Shown here in pieces: positions 12,126 to 25,940 of a stretch of 64,000 bases of DNA. Every line of letters begins with the position of its first letter. The first letter of the stretch is position 1. The position numbers were made by a program, and so were the translations under genes. This stretch comes from Felis catus (Eukaryota), in the NCBI RefSeq assembly GCF_018350175.1, contig NC_058369.1, forward strand, positions 496,001 to 560,000. The letters are read 5' to 3'. A model generated the notes under the pieces. It searched no databases, was not told the origin of the DNA, and was given only the letters and a program-made list of their open reading frames with translations.

Positions 12126-13679
12126 GCCGCCGGAGCGGGGCGCCTCCCCACATCACCCTGTCTGCTTCTCGCGTTTTTCTGTTTTGTCTTGTGTTTCTGC
12201 TTGTCTGTGGGGAAGGGGCGGAGGTAGATGGGGGGGGCGGGGTGTCCGCCGGGAGCACCTCCCGCCAGCGAGTTTCCCAGCAGGCTTTGGGCTGGCCTGG
12301 GGGGTGGAGGTGTTGGGGGAAGAAACCTGGGCAGGGAGGGGCCCTGCCCCGTATGGTTTCCGGTCGCCTTTCCCTCTCTTCCCTTTTCTCTGCCGATCAG
12401 TTTGTGGTTTCTGTGCCCACAGAAGATTTGGGCAGTTTTAATGAAAGAAAAATAATATTTTTTTGCAGGGGAGTGGGGGGCGGGGTTTGGAGATGGTGGA
12501 AGGGGATGCTGCCGAGAAGGAAGCAGGTCCCCTGGGAGAGGGCAGGGCCACAGTCCCCAAGTATTTTAGGTCTTGTGAGGACCTAGCAGTCTCAGACAGT
12601 CACCCGTAGCCCCCCCCTCCCCCCCCCCCCAGGGCCTAGCGGAGAAACTGAGGCCCAGGCAGGACAACAGAGTTATGCCTGGTTGACACAAAGCCAGGCC
12701 CGCCCCCCACCCTTCCTCTACTTGTCCCCATTCCTCTGCCAAGTACTGCACAGGGATCCCCACCCGGAGGTCCTCCCTGGGGACTGGCCCCCATCCAGGA
12801 ACCCTGGGACCAAGAGATAATGTGAAATGTCAACTGTGGACCAAAGGCAATAAAAACCTCTTTTTAGGAAGAAACTACTGGGAGAGTTGGGAGTCTGCGG
12901 CAACCTGGGGGTGGGGGTGTGGCGGGGGGCCCTGGGGGTGGGCACTGGACCAGCATCTAAGGAGGTCCTCAGGGCTGCGTGGCAGAGCTAAGAGCGGAGG
13001 CCCAGGGCGCAGGTGAGTGTGGGTTGAAAAAGTGCTTTGCGGGTCAGGACCTGCGTGGCAGAAAGAGGCGGGCCTGCCTGCTGGCTAGAAAGGTGACCCC
13101 ACAACCCTGTGCCCCAGCCCACAGACAGCTCCACCTGCAGCCCCCAGGGGTTGCTCGGGCTGTTCACTAGGCCCGCAGTTCCGGAAGCGGCAAACTCCGA
13201 CACATCCTCAAAGCCCCAACGCCAAGCCCACCCTTTTCTCAGGGATCCTCCCAGTATATCTGCTTGCTCCCCGGTGTGCCTTCAGAGCTGTGGGTCCATA
13301 CACTGCTTCGTCTTCACCATGGTCTTGGGAAATCTACCCAGTCTTCTAGAAAGGGATTCAGAGGTATTCCTCAAAATGCAGTGACCGTTATGACCCAGGA
13401 CTCTAATCTTGGAATGCTGGGCCCCCCCTTCCCCCTTCCACCATGGCCGAGCCCACTGTAGGGACCAAAGGAATGTTTGTGGGATTGACAAATGATGACC
13501 AATGGAACTCCCACCTTGTGGATGGACAAGTGGAGTCCCAGGGTCACGAAGCGAGTCTGGCTAGGCCGGGGTCCCCCAGAATAGAGTGGGGAGAAAGGGA
13601 CCTCGTAAGATGGGGAGCTGCTGCACTGCAGGCGGGTACGCAATGTGGGGAGACAGCCCGGCCGGCCTATCGGGGGATC

Positions 13680-13950
13680 GGCCAGCGCGGGGTGAGCCGG
13701 CGACCCAGCGCCCCAAGGTGACGCAGCAAGAGGAGAGCGGCCCCTTTAAGAAACCCGGCTCTGAGCGGCCTCCTTCCACGGCGCGCGTGGATCGGGCGGG
13801 CCCGGCCTGTGAGTGGCAGGGATGGCAGCCAATAGTAGGGGGCGGGAGCGGGCCGGGCGCGGCCACGGGCTTCCCAGGCCCAGGAGGTGAACTGCTGGGG
13901 TTTAGGGCTCGCTGCGGGAGACGCCTCTTAAAGGGGCCGCGACCCCGGGC
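13680..13950 (+). promoter_or_regulatory. Probable ABCA7 promoter/CpG island
   Basis: CpG-rich; SRE-like CTCACCCCGC on minus strand (13687-13696); CCAAT ~13829 followed by GGGGCGGG; lies between the CNN2 poly(A) signal and the first ABCA7 coding exon. Confidence 0.55.
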
Positions 13951-16900
13951 TCCTGTCGGGCGCAGGGAAGGTGGCCAGAGATGAGGGCTGGAAAGATGAG
14001 AGGGTCCCGGGTGCGGATGGGTGGGAGGGAGGCAGGTTCCCTGGGAATTAGGGGGTGAGGGCGGAGTCCACAGTCACCTCCCCCCCCCCCCGCCCCCGGT
14101 GGGTGTGAGCGGCGAGGGGCGGCAGAACCGGGCACTAATTCTGCAGGGCATTGGACTCACCTGACGGGTATTTGCCGACAGACACCTGTAGCCCCTCTCC
14201 GCGTTAGAACTCCGACAAGCCCTCTGCCCCGCTGGAAAAACGGAGGCTTCCCCCACCCCAGCTCCCTCCCGATGTAGAGTCCTCCAGTGGGGGGTCGGGG
14301 GTCCCGGGTCCCAGTTCCAGCCTCGACCGGGGCCTGTGGTAACGCCCTGCCCCCCGGCAGCACAATAATGAAGTAGGCCAGAGCTGGACAGTTGTAACCA
14401 AAGCGGGGATCAGGAATTGCTGGTTCCAGGAGCCGCAGCGCTGCCTCTCCGCCTTACTCTTTCTCTGCGTCTTGTGGTTCTTAACGATAAATGATACACG
14501 AGGGGTGGGTGGAGCTGGGGCCCTGCTCCCGCGGGGTGGCTCTGCCTGTCTCTGGGGGCCTGGTGTGTAAAATGTTCAGCACGGTGAACACTTTGCTGTT
14601 ATCATTGGGTTAGAGCTGGGGCTGGGGGGCGGGGATCTTTCCCAGGACGCGGGATGACGCTGGGGGCCAGGACCTGGCAGCCCCCAAAGGGGCTCAAAGT
14701 GGAGTCGTGACGAGTCAAGCCGAGGCTCCTCCCCCTCAGGAATTAGTTGATAGCCTTTTGGACCCCAGCCCTGCAGCGAGCGACAGCCCAGGCAACCAAT
14801 CAGGTGCGGGGACGGTTTCGGGCAGGGCTCCCATTGGCCCGCTCCGCCCCTCCAGGGACAGAAGGGACCCTTAAATAAGTGCCTGCTGTTCGGCTCCAAG
14901 CAGAGCTTCCAGGAATCCTGCACCCTGAGCTAGAGGAATGAGGTTCAGGGAGGGCCAGGGGTTGCCCGCAGCCACACAGTGCGTCTCAGCCGGACCCTCC
15001 GTCGTGTGCTCTGTGCATTCCCACCATGGCTAATGCTGCTGCTTTGGAAAAATGTCCTGTATCGCAGGAGACAGCCGGTAATGCCAGGACAGACAGATGG
15101 GCCAGGGCGGGGCGGCCCCGGTGTCCCCCACGGTCCCCCACTCCCCCGCCTCTTCTGCCCCTCTCCCAGATCCAGCTCTTGGCGGAGTTGCTGGGGCCTC
15201 TGTTTCTCTTCTTCATCTGGTGGCTGTATGCCACTCCCACCCCCGACTGGAGCAACATGAGTGTAAGCCCCCCCCCCCCCCCCCACCCACCCCCCGCCCA
15301 GGGACCAGGCCCTTTGCGGGGGAGAGGGGAGGCACTGGGTCACCCTATCCACAGGGTCCCGTGAGCGTCAGAGAGCGCGAGTCTGCGTGAGCACTCTGTC
15401 CGCGAGGGTGCAGACACGATGGGGGTGCAGGCAAAGCTCCCCACGCCCAACGTCCCCACAGGCCACTTCCCCAACAAGCCGCTGCCCTCGGCCGGCACCC
15501 TACCCGGTTCCAGGGTCTCATCTGCAGCATGAACGACACCTGCTTCCCGCAGTCCGCGCCCGCCGAGCAGCCAGGTGTCCTCAGCAACTTCAAGGACACC
15601 CTGTGAGCAAGCGGGGGTGGGTGCGGCAGCCACAGGCACGAGGGTGTCTGCCGAGCCTCCACCTGGTGCTCTCTCTGCCCCCAGCGTCCTCTGGCTCCTG
15701 GCAGATGCCCACACCATCCTTGGGGGTGGGGGACGAGAGCCCACAGGATGCTGGCCAGCCTGGGAAAGCTAACGCCAATGCTGAGAGCGGCGGGCGGGGC
15801 AGGTGAGGAGGCCAGGGCCCTTTGGCCGGCAGGGATGCTCTCTGAGCCTCCACCTGCCCGGCCGTGTCACGGGCACAGGGCGGGAGCTGTCTCGGGCCAA
15901 GCTTTGCCTAAACTCGTGCTTCTGTGTGTTCCTCTCCCAGCCCGGCCTCTCCCAAGCGACCGGCTGCGGGACCGCCTGCCCCTGACCACTGAGCTACTGG
16001 GGACACTGCTTCGAGAGATGAGATGGGGTGGGGCGAGACCAGGTGACTCTGGGATGCTGCCCTCAGGGTCCTCAGCCTGACCCTCTGTCACGTGCTCTGC
16101 TCAGCTCCCACCGTGGCCTTCTGGGCTTCCCCATCCTGGCCAGGGGCCTCTGGTTCCGGCTTCCAGGCCTTTTCCTGGGCTGTCCCTGGCTCCTGGAGGG
16201 ACGAGGGACAGGTGCCCAGATGGGCTGTGTCCAGCATGGTGGTGAAGTGTCCGGCCCGTGAGACCTTGCATGAGTCCACGTGCCTCTGGGAGCCTCCGTT
16301 GCCCTATTTGTAAAACAGGATCTTCGGGAGCTTGGCAAACTGCTCCACCCCCGGTGAGAATGCCATCAAGGTCATTATCGCCCTTGTGGGCTTTCTCCCC
16401 AGCAATCCCTGGGGTCTGGGCTGGACCAAACCCAGGAGTCCGTGAAGAGCTTCCTGGAGGCAGCAGAGAACGTGGCCCAGGAAGTAAGCGGCCCACTCAG
16501 CCTCCACCCCAGCCGGGAGGCCGAGAGGGGAAGCTGCCCGGATGGGGAGGTCCTGGGAGGGCTTGGGCAGAAGAGGTGAGGGAGAAGGTGCTCCTGGCAG
16601 GGTCCCTCCCCGGTCGAGGCTGGGTGGCATCCTTGGTGACCTCTCCAGCTCCTGGCACTGCCCGGCCTGGTGGAGCTGTGGGCGCTGCTGCGGAGACCTC
16701 AGGGGACTAGCCGGCCCCTGGAGGCCGTGTCGGAAGTCCTCTTCGGTGCCAAGGGCCCTGGCGTCCCAGGGGGGCCCTCCCTCGACTGGTATGAGGCCAC
16801 CCACCTGAAGGAGTTGGTGGGGCAGGAGCCCACCCCGGGCCTGCCCGACAGCAGCCTGAGTGAGTGACTGACCTCTAGTCTGGGAAGTGGGGCAGTGGGA

Positions 16901-19900
16901 ATGGGGGCAGGGCCTCACGGTCCCCCCATCCCAGGCCCTGCCTGTGCTGAGCTGATGGGGTCGCTGGAAACCCACCCACTGTCCCTCCTGCTCTGGAGGC
17001 GCCTGAAGCTGCTAGTCCTGGGGAAAGTGGCTTCACCAGGCGGCTCACGGCCCAGGTAAGGGCAGGAGTGGCCCTGGGTCCCTCCCTTAACCCAGGGAGG
17101 CTGTGCCAGGCCAGAGGGGGGGCCCTGACCCCGGAGGCTTCCTGAGATGGGTGGTGGACTCCAGGTGTTTGAAGAAGTTAGAGTTTCCCAGATTGCGGGC
17201 AGAGGAACAGAATGCACCAGTGCTCAGAGCCACGGGCTGGAGCAAAACGGGAGAGGTGGGCAGGGGTCCTCAGAGCAGGGGAGGGTCGAGAAAGGGCTGG
17301 CCTGGCATTTATCTTGGTGCCCACCTGCCACAGGGGAACCGGACCTTCTAGAAGCTGGCTCTACTGAAGGGCCTCCAGGAGACGTGGGGTGTGCTGGGAC
17401 CCCAGCTCTTCGACTACTTGAACGACAGTACAAACGCGGCCATGTGGCAGGTTAGGCCAGGTCGGAGGACAGCAGGTTCATCCAGGGCCTCCCTGGGCAC
17501 ATCATCCCTACCCAGGACGTGGGGGCGAGTGTGCAGGCGGCTTGTGGAATCCAGGGGAGCTCAGGGAGGGGGACCCAACTTGGAGCAGTGCCCCATTCCA
17601 AGGAAAGCCTGAGGAGGGCCACAGCTTGGCCCTGCAGAAATCTGATGGCCTAGCTGGGCCGCGCCCTGGGGTCCCCGAGGAAGAAGCGCCGCCTGGTCCT
17701 GAGGTTCAGGGGAGGATCCGGGCACCCAGGACCCACACCCAGGCCCTTCCTCAGTGTGTGACCCTGGACAACCTGGAGGCGGCACCCTCAGAGGCAGCCC
17801 TGATGGCGCGGGCCCTGGAGTTGCTCGCGGAGCACCACTTCTGGGCCGGCATCGTCTTCTGGGGCCCGAGGGACCTCTGGCTCCCCCGCACAGCTCGCGG
17901 GCCCTGGTCACCTGCGCATCAAGATCCGCATGGATATCGACGCCTTCGCGAGAACCAATAAGATCAGGAACAGGTGGGGGTGGACCCGAGCGTGGTGGGC
18001 GGGGCCATCCCCGCCTACAGGAGCCTGGGATGGGTGGAGCCCAGGACCCCTTGGGCCAATTGGGGTCTACTGTGTGTGGGGTCTCCGTGGGGCGTGGCCC
18101 AGGGCTTCCGGGGCGGGGGCAGCACCTCTGGCTCCTTGGACGAGATGCAGGCGGGCACAGACGCGTGTGCTCGAGAGTTAAGGTGGTGATGGGCGGGGCC
18201 GTGGGGCTCCCCGGCCTCTCCCCGGCCTCTCCCCGGCCTCTCCCCGCAGCCCACCACCGTGCCCCATGCAGGTTCTGGGACCCGGGCCCGGCTGCTGACC
18301 CCTTGACAGACCTGCGCTATGTGTGGTGTGGCTCAGCGGCACCGAGGCCCGTGCAGGCCTCTACCCGCAGCAGACGCCCTCCCCGTGCTACGCGGATGAC
18401 GCGTGAGCGCCCCCTCCCTGCGCATCCACCCCCCTTCCGCCGCCAGATCTCGGCTCGGGCTCCTTTTGGAACATTCATGCGGTCGAGGCTGCGAGCCACT
18501 GGTTTGGAAGGACCACTCCCTGTGACCTGTAGCGGGAGGAACCGGGATCCCGGAGGGGCTGGGGTCCCCGGGGGCAGGGAGAACGCGGCCTGTGAGGACA
18601 GCTGGGATCCTAAGGCTGGAACAGGGGTCAGGGGACATCCGGGGCCCAGCTGCGCCTTGCCTTTGGATTTCCAGTGCCCGTCGGGGCTGCGCGGGGCCTC
18701 TGGCCTCCACCGCAGCCGCGCCCCTGCCTCAGGGTCCTGCGTGTACAGAGCCGGTCGCTGCCGCTTCTCCTGACGCCTGGATCCACTCCGTGGCGCCGGC
18801 GGTGAAGGCCGTGGTGCGAGGGAAGGAAAGGAGGCTGCGCCACAAGATGCAGGCCCTGGGGCTCGGCAGCGCGGTGCTGTGGCTCGGCTGGTTCCCCAGC
18901 TGCCACTCGCCCTTCCTCGGCAGCACGGCGCTGCTCGTGCTGGTGACCAAGGTGCGCACGCCTCGGCCTTCCCCGCTGCGGGGTGGCTGCGCGCGCGCGG
19001 GCCCCTGGGCAAATCCCGGAGCCTGAGGAGCCGTATTCGCCCTTCGCAGCTCGGGGACATCCTCCCCCATAGCCACCCGGCCGTGGTCTTCTTGTTCTTG
19101 GCGGCTTTCGCCGTGGCCACCGTGGTCCAGAGCTTCCTTCTGAGCGCCCGCTTCCCCCGCGCCAACCTGGCGGCCGCGTGCGAGGCCTGGCCTACTTCGT
19201 GCTCTGTCCACCCTACGTGCTGTGCGTGGCCTGGCGAGACCGGCTGCCTGCGGGTGGTCTCTGGCTGTGGTGAGACCGGGGGTGGCCGGGTGCGGGGGGG
19301 CCCTGCGCTGCGTTTGCTCGCTGACGCCCCTGTCCCCACCGCAGTCTTCTGTCGCCTGTGGGCTCTGGGTTCGGCTGCGAGAGCCTGGCGCTGCCGAAGG
19401 AGCAGGGTGAAGGCGCCCAGTGGCACAGGGCGGGCACCGGGCCCGCCCCTGGCGTCTTCAGCCCGGCCCAGGTCTCTGGAATCCTGCTGCTCGACGCTGT
19501 GCTCTGTGGCCTCGCCACTGGGTACCTAGAGGCCATCTCCCCGGTTGGGTGGGGACGGAGGGTGGGGTAGGGACACAGGGCAGGGGCGTACCTGCAGAAG
19601 GGCGGCCGGGCTGAGGGCCTTGGCGAGCCGGGGCAGGGCTGAGGGGCCGCTTGGTGCCTGGAGGCCGTCCTGGGCGGCTCTTCCTGGCATCTAGGCCCGG
19701 GTGGCTGCGTTCGAGGGACGGCCCGAGGCAGGCCGATGGGGTCCTGGCCGGGCCCTCCCACCTGGATGCCCTGATCCCGGGCGCGTGGTCAGAAGCTGGC
19801 ACACCCCGGGGTGATGAGCTCAAGGGGTAACAGCACCGCTCCTCCCAGGCCAGTATGGGATCCCCAAACCGTGGAACTTTCCCTTTCGGAGAAGCTATTG

Positions 19901-21629
19901 GTTTGGACCTCGTTCTCCCAAGGGCTCCACCCCACCTCCCACCCCGAAGGACCCAGAGGGTGAGGCGCGAGGAGACCTGATGGCCGCTTCCCTGTCTGTA
20001 TGCCCCATGTCCCCCAAAGGCCCAGGTTCCTACAGAGCCCGGTCCTCTGCACACCTCCACCCCCCCAGGCTCCGTGGGGCTCCCCTAACGCCCATAGGCC
20101 CCAGCCCTGATGGGTCCCTGACTCCACGGGCCAGCGTTTGCGGCCTCCCAGGTCCCGCAGAGCCCCCCCCCTACAAAGGGCTCCCGTGGTCGAGCCTGCC
20201 CTCCTCCCGCAGTGCCGACGGAAGAGGTCCCACCCGGCTGGATTCCGGGGGTCTCCGTTCGGGGCCTGGAGAAACGCTTTCCTGGCAACCCCCAGCCAGC
20301 CCTGCGTGGGCTCAGCCTGGACTGCTGCCAGGGCCAGATCACCGCCTTGCCGGGCCACAACGGAGACGGCAAGGCCACCATGCTGTGGGCGGTTGCCACT
20401 GTCCTAATTTCCCCCCGGCCTCAGCTGGCACGTCTGCTCAATGGGAGAGGTGTCTGGGGTCTCCACAGGGAAGTCGGGACCCCCCATCCACTTGGGGTAC
20501 ACGGCGGATAGATAACCGTGTTCTCTGAGCCTCAGTTTTCCTCCTTTATAGAACGGGGACATAACACACCTCGAGTCTGGGCACACAGTAGGTGCCTTTT
20601 AAGTGCTTTTGCTCCTTCTCTGGGGGTCTCCGTTTCCTCCTCTGAAGGGGCAGCTGCTCTGAGACCCCTTCACCCCCAGGTCCCTACTGTGTGGCCTCTT
20701 TCCACCCACTGGTGGCTCTGCCCGCATCCTGGGCCACGATGTCCAGTCCAGAATGGAAGCCGTCCGGCCCCACCTGGGCGCCTGCCCGCAATACGACGTG
20801 CTGTCTGACGTGCGTCTCGGCGGGCCCGGGGGTGCAGCGTCAGGGGTGGCGGGGCTGGGTGTTCTTGGGGCTCTGCCTGCCACGGGGGCCGTTGTTCCAG
20901 CGCGTGGCTGCAGGCTGACCTTGGAGGAGCACATCTGGGCGGTCGACGGGCCTGAGTGCAGGACCTGTGAGCCCCGAGGAGGCCCGTCTACTGCAGGACG
21001 TGGGGCTTGTCCCCACGCGTTGTGCGCAGACCCGCCGCCTCTCTGGTGAGCCCAGCCGGGGAGGAGCATCCGGGTCTGTGGAAATGGTGCTGGGAAGGGG
21101 GTCGGGACTTTACCCCAAGGGCCGTGCGAAGCCAGAGGAGACACCAGATCCGGGAGGCCCAGAGGGGCTAGGCACGGAGATCCAGGGGGTGGGGAAAGGG
21201 GGCACGGGGAAGGGACGCAGCCCTGCCCAAGACTGAGGGGACGCTGCTGGGACCCCCGCACCTGCCTCTGCCCAGGTGGGACGCAGCAGAAGCTTTCAGT
21301 GGCCATCACCTTTGTGGGCGGCTCCCGGGTTGTCATTCTGGATGAACCCACGGCTGGTGTCGACCCTGCTTCCCGCTGCAGCATCTGGGAGCTGCTGCTC
21401 AAATACCGAGAAGGTAGGAGTTGGGGGAGGCACGAGGTTCCCCTAGATTCCGATTCAGCGGCCAGAAAATGTTTCTGACGAAGAAGTGCTTGGAGTGGGG
21501 TTTTGAGGGATGAATAGGAGTTGGATGCCAAACAGGGCAGCGCGGCTGGCGGGAACGGGCTGGGAGAGCCTGAGGGAAGGGCCAGTGGGGGGCTTGACTC
21601 AGGGCAACAGGCTCCGTAACTCCAGCCCG

Positions 21630-21663
21630 GACCCCTGACCCCTGACCCCTGACCCCTGACCCC
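21630..21663. repeat. (GACCCCT)n heptamer repeat
   Basis: About 4.5 copies read directly. Confidence 0.9.
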
Positions 21664-23403
21664 ATGTGAACTGCGGGCCCGATCTCCGGTCACCTCTTGC
21701 CCTCAGGTGCTTAACCCTCACCTCCTCTGCCTGCAGAGACAGGCTCCCGTGGGTCACTCCAGCCCCTTCCCCGAGGACAGCTGGCTGCGTCCCGGTTGAC
21801 GCGCCCCCGTCCACCCAGGTCCCGCCCAGCTGCTGTCGCTCGTGCGGTGCCTGGTGCCCGGGGCGCGGCTGGTGAAGGAGCTGCCCTACGGGTCTCCCCC
21901 AGCAGCACACCCGGGGAGGAGGCAGGCGCACGCAGAGGGCCCCACGGCGTCTTGGGCGCGGGCGACTCCTGTGGGGTCCCGGGCTGAGCCCCCGCTCTGT
22001 CTCCCCAGGTCTTCCCGAAGGCGGTAGAGGCTTGCGCTGCGGACGTGGACCCAGAGGACACGGCCACAGGTCCCTGTCCTTGACCCCGCGCCTTGGTTCA
22101 GAGTGAGACTTGACTTTACGGCGAGGCCCCAGCCTTGGTTGCATCTCAAGGCGCAGCCTCGACCTCCACCCCTGATTCCCGACCCCCTCTGTCTGCGACC
22201 CAGGACCTTGACTCAGACCCTCGGCTGAACGGCGACCCTCAAACCTGAACGCACCCCTGATGGCCCCACAGATCACCAGCCACAAGCGGCACCTGGGCGC
22301 GGGCCTCGCTCCCCCAGACGTGACCTCACGGCTCAAGGTTCTGCCGGAAGAGTCGGCCCTGGAGAACGGGGAGCTAGGTGAGTTGTCCCGCCTCGAGTCT
22401 GCGGTCCCTCCCTGTCCCCCGGAGCCTGCGCACTGACCCTCCCATCCCCCACAGCGACGGCTGCCCCGGAAACACGGGTCCTGCAGGGCTTCGGGCCAGA
22501 CCCCGCGGGCCGGGGACAGGGCTGCGCGCTGTCTGCTTCTCAAGCGCTTTCTGCTTGCCTGCCGCGGCCGCCGTGGCCCGTTGACGCAGGTGAGGGGGAG
22601 CGGGCGCCAGAGGAGGGTGCGCGGGCAGCCCTGGGTGCCTGTTTTCTACTCCCGTCACCCACTCAGCGGTGAACCCGAGAAGTCTCCACCAGTCTGAGCA
22701 CCTTTACTGAGAGCACCGGGGAGCCACGGATGATTGTAGAGCAGGAGCAGGAAGGGTCCCGGGCAGCCCGGGGGGTGCGCAGGGAGGGCAGCTGCTGGGC
22801 CCGTCCTGCAGATGGTGCTGCCTGTCCTCTTTGTGGGCCCGGTGCCGGTGCTCAGTCTCCTCGCGCCTCCTGACGGGCCGGGCCGGAACCTGTCCCGACT
22901 TCCTGGTCAAGACCCACCCCCGCCTGGTGCGCCAGGGGCCAGCCGCCACCTGCACGCGTTCAGTTTGCCCGGAGGAGGGGGCCGGCGCTCCGGACGGCTC
23001 TCCGTGCCCCCCCACCCCCCGCCCCTGCATCTCCCGCAGCCTGAAGACCAAGAAGTGGGTGAACGAGGTCAGGTGAGCAGGGCCGTTCCCACGCCCCCTG
23101 CCCACCCGCTAGGAGGCTTTCCTGCCCCGCCCTCCCTGAGCCCACTGCCCCGCAGGTATGGGGGCTTCTCCCTGGGGGGGCCGAGACCCAGGCCTGCCCT
23201 CAGGGCAAGAGGTGAGCCACTCAGTGTGGGGGCTGCTGGTGCTGCTGAACCCCCGACCCGGCGGGGCCCCCTCGACCTTGTCCTGAGCAACCCCACAGCC
23301 TGGGCTCACCGAGGACAGCCTCAAGGTGGGCTCTCGGGTGAGGGGGCGGGCAGGTGGCTGGTGGGGCAGGTCTCACCGCGGCAATCTGACTCCTCGGCCT
23401 CGA

Positions 23404-23448
23404 CCCCACCCCCACCCCCACCCCCACCCCCACCCTCACCCCCACCCC
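23404..23448. repeat. (CCCCCA)n hexamer repeat at a dead ABCA7 acceptor
   Basis: Read directly; ends ...CCCCGG|ATCTGG where AG is expected. Confidence 0.85.
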
Positions 23449-24550
23449 GGATCTGGTTCAACAACAAGGGCTGACACGCCATGGTGGCCTTCATCGGCAG
23501 GGCCAACAACGCTCTCCTACGTGCCCACCTGCCCCCAGGCCCTGCCCGCCACGCCCACAGCATCACCACGCTCAGCCACCCCGAGGCTGCGCTGAGTCCC
23601 TATGCCCCGCCCCCCACCTCGGCCTTTCTGTGCTCTGCCACTCCCCTGCTGAGTACGCGCACAGGGGCGGAGGCTCTCTGCTCGCCAGGCCCAGACAGCG
23701 GGACGTCGTCAGGCTCCCCCGGCAGCCCACGCATCGTCACTGCGTCCGCTGGGACCCCACCACGCGGTCTGCGCGTCTGCCCGGCTGGCAGTCCAGCCCC
23801 CACCGGCCCCACACGGCCCCGCTCGTCTCCCCGTGGATCCTTGTCCCGTCGGCGTGGGCAGAGGTGTCCTCTGAGGCGCCCGTGCACCCTTGCCCGCAGG
23901 ACGGCCACCTCGGTGGACGTGCCCGTCTCCACCTGAGCGGTCTTCGCCGTGTCTTTCGTCCCAGCCAGCGTCACCCTTGTTCTCATCAAGGAGCCGGGCC
24001 TCTGCAGTTTATGGGGGGCCCACCTCCCACTCTTCACTGGCTCAGCAACTTTCTCTGGGACGTGGTGCTGGTGGGGGGGAGGTCCGGCTGCCTCTCATTG
24101 CTGCCCCTTTGCTACCCCTTCCCGCCAGGCGCTTGTCGGGATGGTCTGGGTGAAGTCTGGGGATCTGGGAGACTGCACCTCTGGCCACCTGAAACGCGGG
24201 GGGTTGGATGGGGCCCAGGGGACCTGCAAACTGATGGGCGTAACTCCGCCTCCGACGCAGTGGAACTACCTGGTGCCAGCGTGCGTGGCGGCGCTCACCT
24301 TTCTGGCTTCCAGCAGAGGGCGTACGTGGCTCCCGCCAACCCGCCTGCCCTCCTGCTGCTGTTACTGCTCTACGGGTGAGGCCTCCGCCCCCCTCGGAGC
24401 CCGTTCTTGCCACCCTACCCCGACGCCTGATGCCATCGAGGGAGCCAGGGCTCTGTCCCAGCTCCCGAGGACAGAAGAGATCCGAGGTGGTCCCAAGTGG
24501 AATCTAATTTAAGGACAGGCTGAGGTGGCCTTAAAAGCTCATCTTGTCCT

Positions 24551-24695
24551 GGGGCACCTGGCTGGCTCAGGGGGTAGCGTGTGCGACTCTTGACCTTGGG
24601 GTCGTGAGTTCAAGCCCCACGTTGAGGGTAGAGTTTAGTTTAAAATTTTTTTAATGTTTATTCATTTTCGAGAGAGCACAAGCAGGGGAGGAGCA

Positions 24696-24742
<47 letters not shown>

Positions 24743-25095
24743 TGAAGCAGGCTCCAGGCTCCGAGCTGTCAGCACAGAGCCCGACGCGGGGCTCGAACCC
24801 ACGAACTGCGAAATCGTGACCTGAGCCGAAGCCGGATGCTCAACTGACTGAGCCACCCAGGTGTCCCAAGGGTAGAGTTGACTTTAAAACAAACAAACAA
24901 AACAACTCTTTTGTCTTTTGTTTCTAATTTTTAAAAGTTTTTTTTAAGAATTTTATTTTACAGCGAGAGAGTGCAAGCAGAGGGAGAGGGAGAGAATCTC
25001 AAGCAGGCTCCGCACCCAGCACGGAGCCCCATGCGACCCCGGGGTCGTGATCTGAGTCCAAAACAAGACTTAGACCCTTAACCGACTGGATACAG
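24551..25095. mobile_element. SINE cluster: + SINE interrupted by a - SINE with (CA)n, then another - SINE
   Basis: SINE heads and tails; AGGGTAGAGTT duplicated at ~24625 and ~24870 (target-site duplication). Confidence 0.85.
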
Positions 25096-25900
25096 AGGAC
25101 TCCCTCTTAGGGGTACTCAGCCTGCTGTCTGGGTGGTTACCCAGTGACCCCTGTTGCCCCCTCAGCTGGTCGATCACGCCAGTCGTGTGCCCGGCACGGC
25201 CTGTGTGGTGCTCACCTGTGTCAACCTCTTCGTCGGCATCAACGGCGGCACGGCCACCTTCGTGCTCCAATACTTCTCTGGTCGGGTGGCGCTCTGCAAG
25301 TCTGGGCCTCAGCTCCGGACGCACGTCCCTCTTCCTGTCCCTGAGCAGAAGCTGCAGGAAATGAGCCGCATCCGGAAAAAGGGTCTTCCTGGTGCTCCCC
25401 CACTTCTGCCTGGGCCGGGGGCGCGTTGACATGGCGTGAGACCAGGCCGTGGCTGACGCCTTCGAGCGCTTAGGTGAGAACTTCCCTCGAGGTGGGGGAG
25501 TGCCACCCAAGTCGATAACGCAGGGTAGGGACAAACAGCAGCTCCCAGGAAGGGAACTAGAGGGTTAGGTGGCCCCAAGTTTGGGCCAAGTTAGAGATAC
25601 GGCAAAGTAGTTGTAAAAGCCACTTATGTCCTGGGTCATATCACAAGAGGTCCTAACAAAGGAGATGGTAATACCACCGTGGCCTGTACCAGTCAGACCT
25701 CAGTTGAGTGGCCCATTCAGTTCTTGGTCTTTTCCCTTAAAAGCCCGAGGTGACCTGGGTGGGGATGGGCCCAGAAACCAAGCACCTCCCCCTGTGACCC
25801 AGTTCGTCCTTCCTGTCAACACAGGAGACGGGCAGTTCCAGTCCCCCCTGCGCTGGGAGGAGGTTGGTAAGAACCTCTTGGCCGTGGTGGTACAGGGGCC

Positions 25901-25940
25901 CCTCCTCCTCCTCCTCCTCCTCCTCCTCCTCCTCCTCCTC
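25901..25940 (+). repeat. (CTC)n trinucleotide repeat inside an ABCA7 pseudo-exon
   Basis: About 13 CTC units after GKNLLAVVVQGP. Confidence 0.95.

Noticed and set aside
21630-21663. Heptamer repeat as the counterpart of the human ABCA7 intronic VNTR
   Set aside because: Different unit size and apparently a different intron; no homology visible
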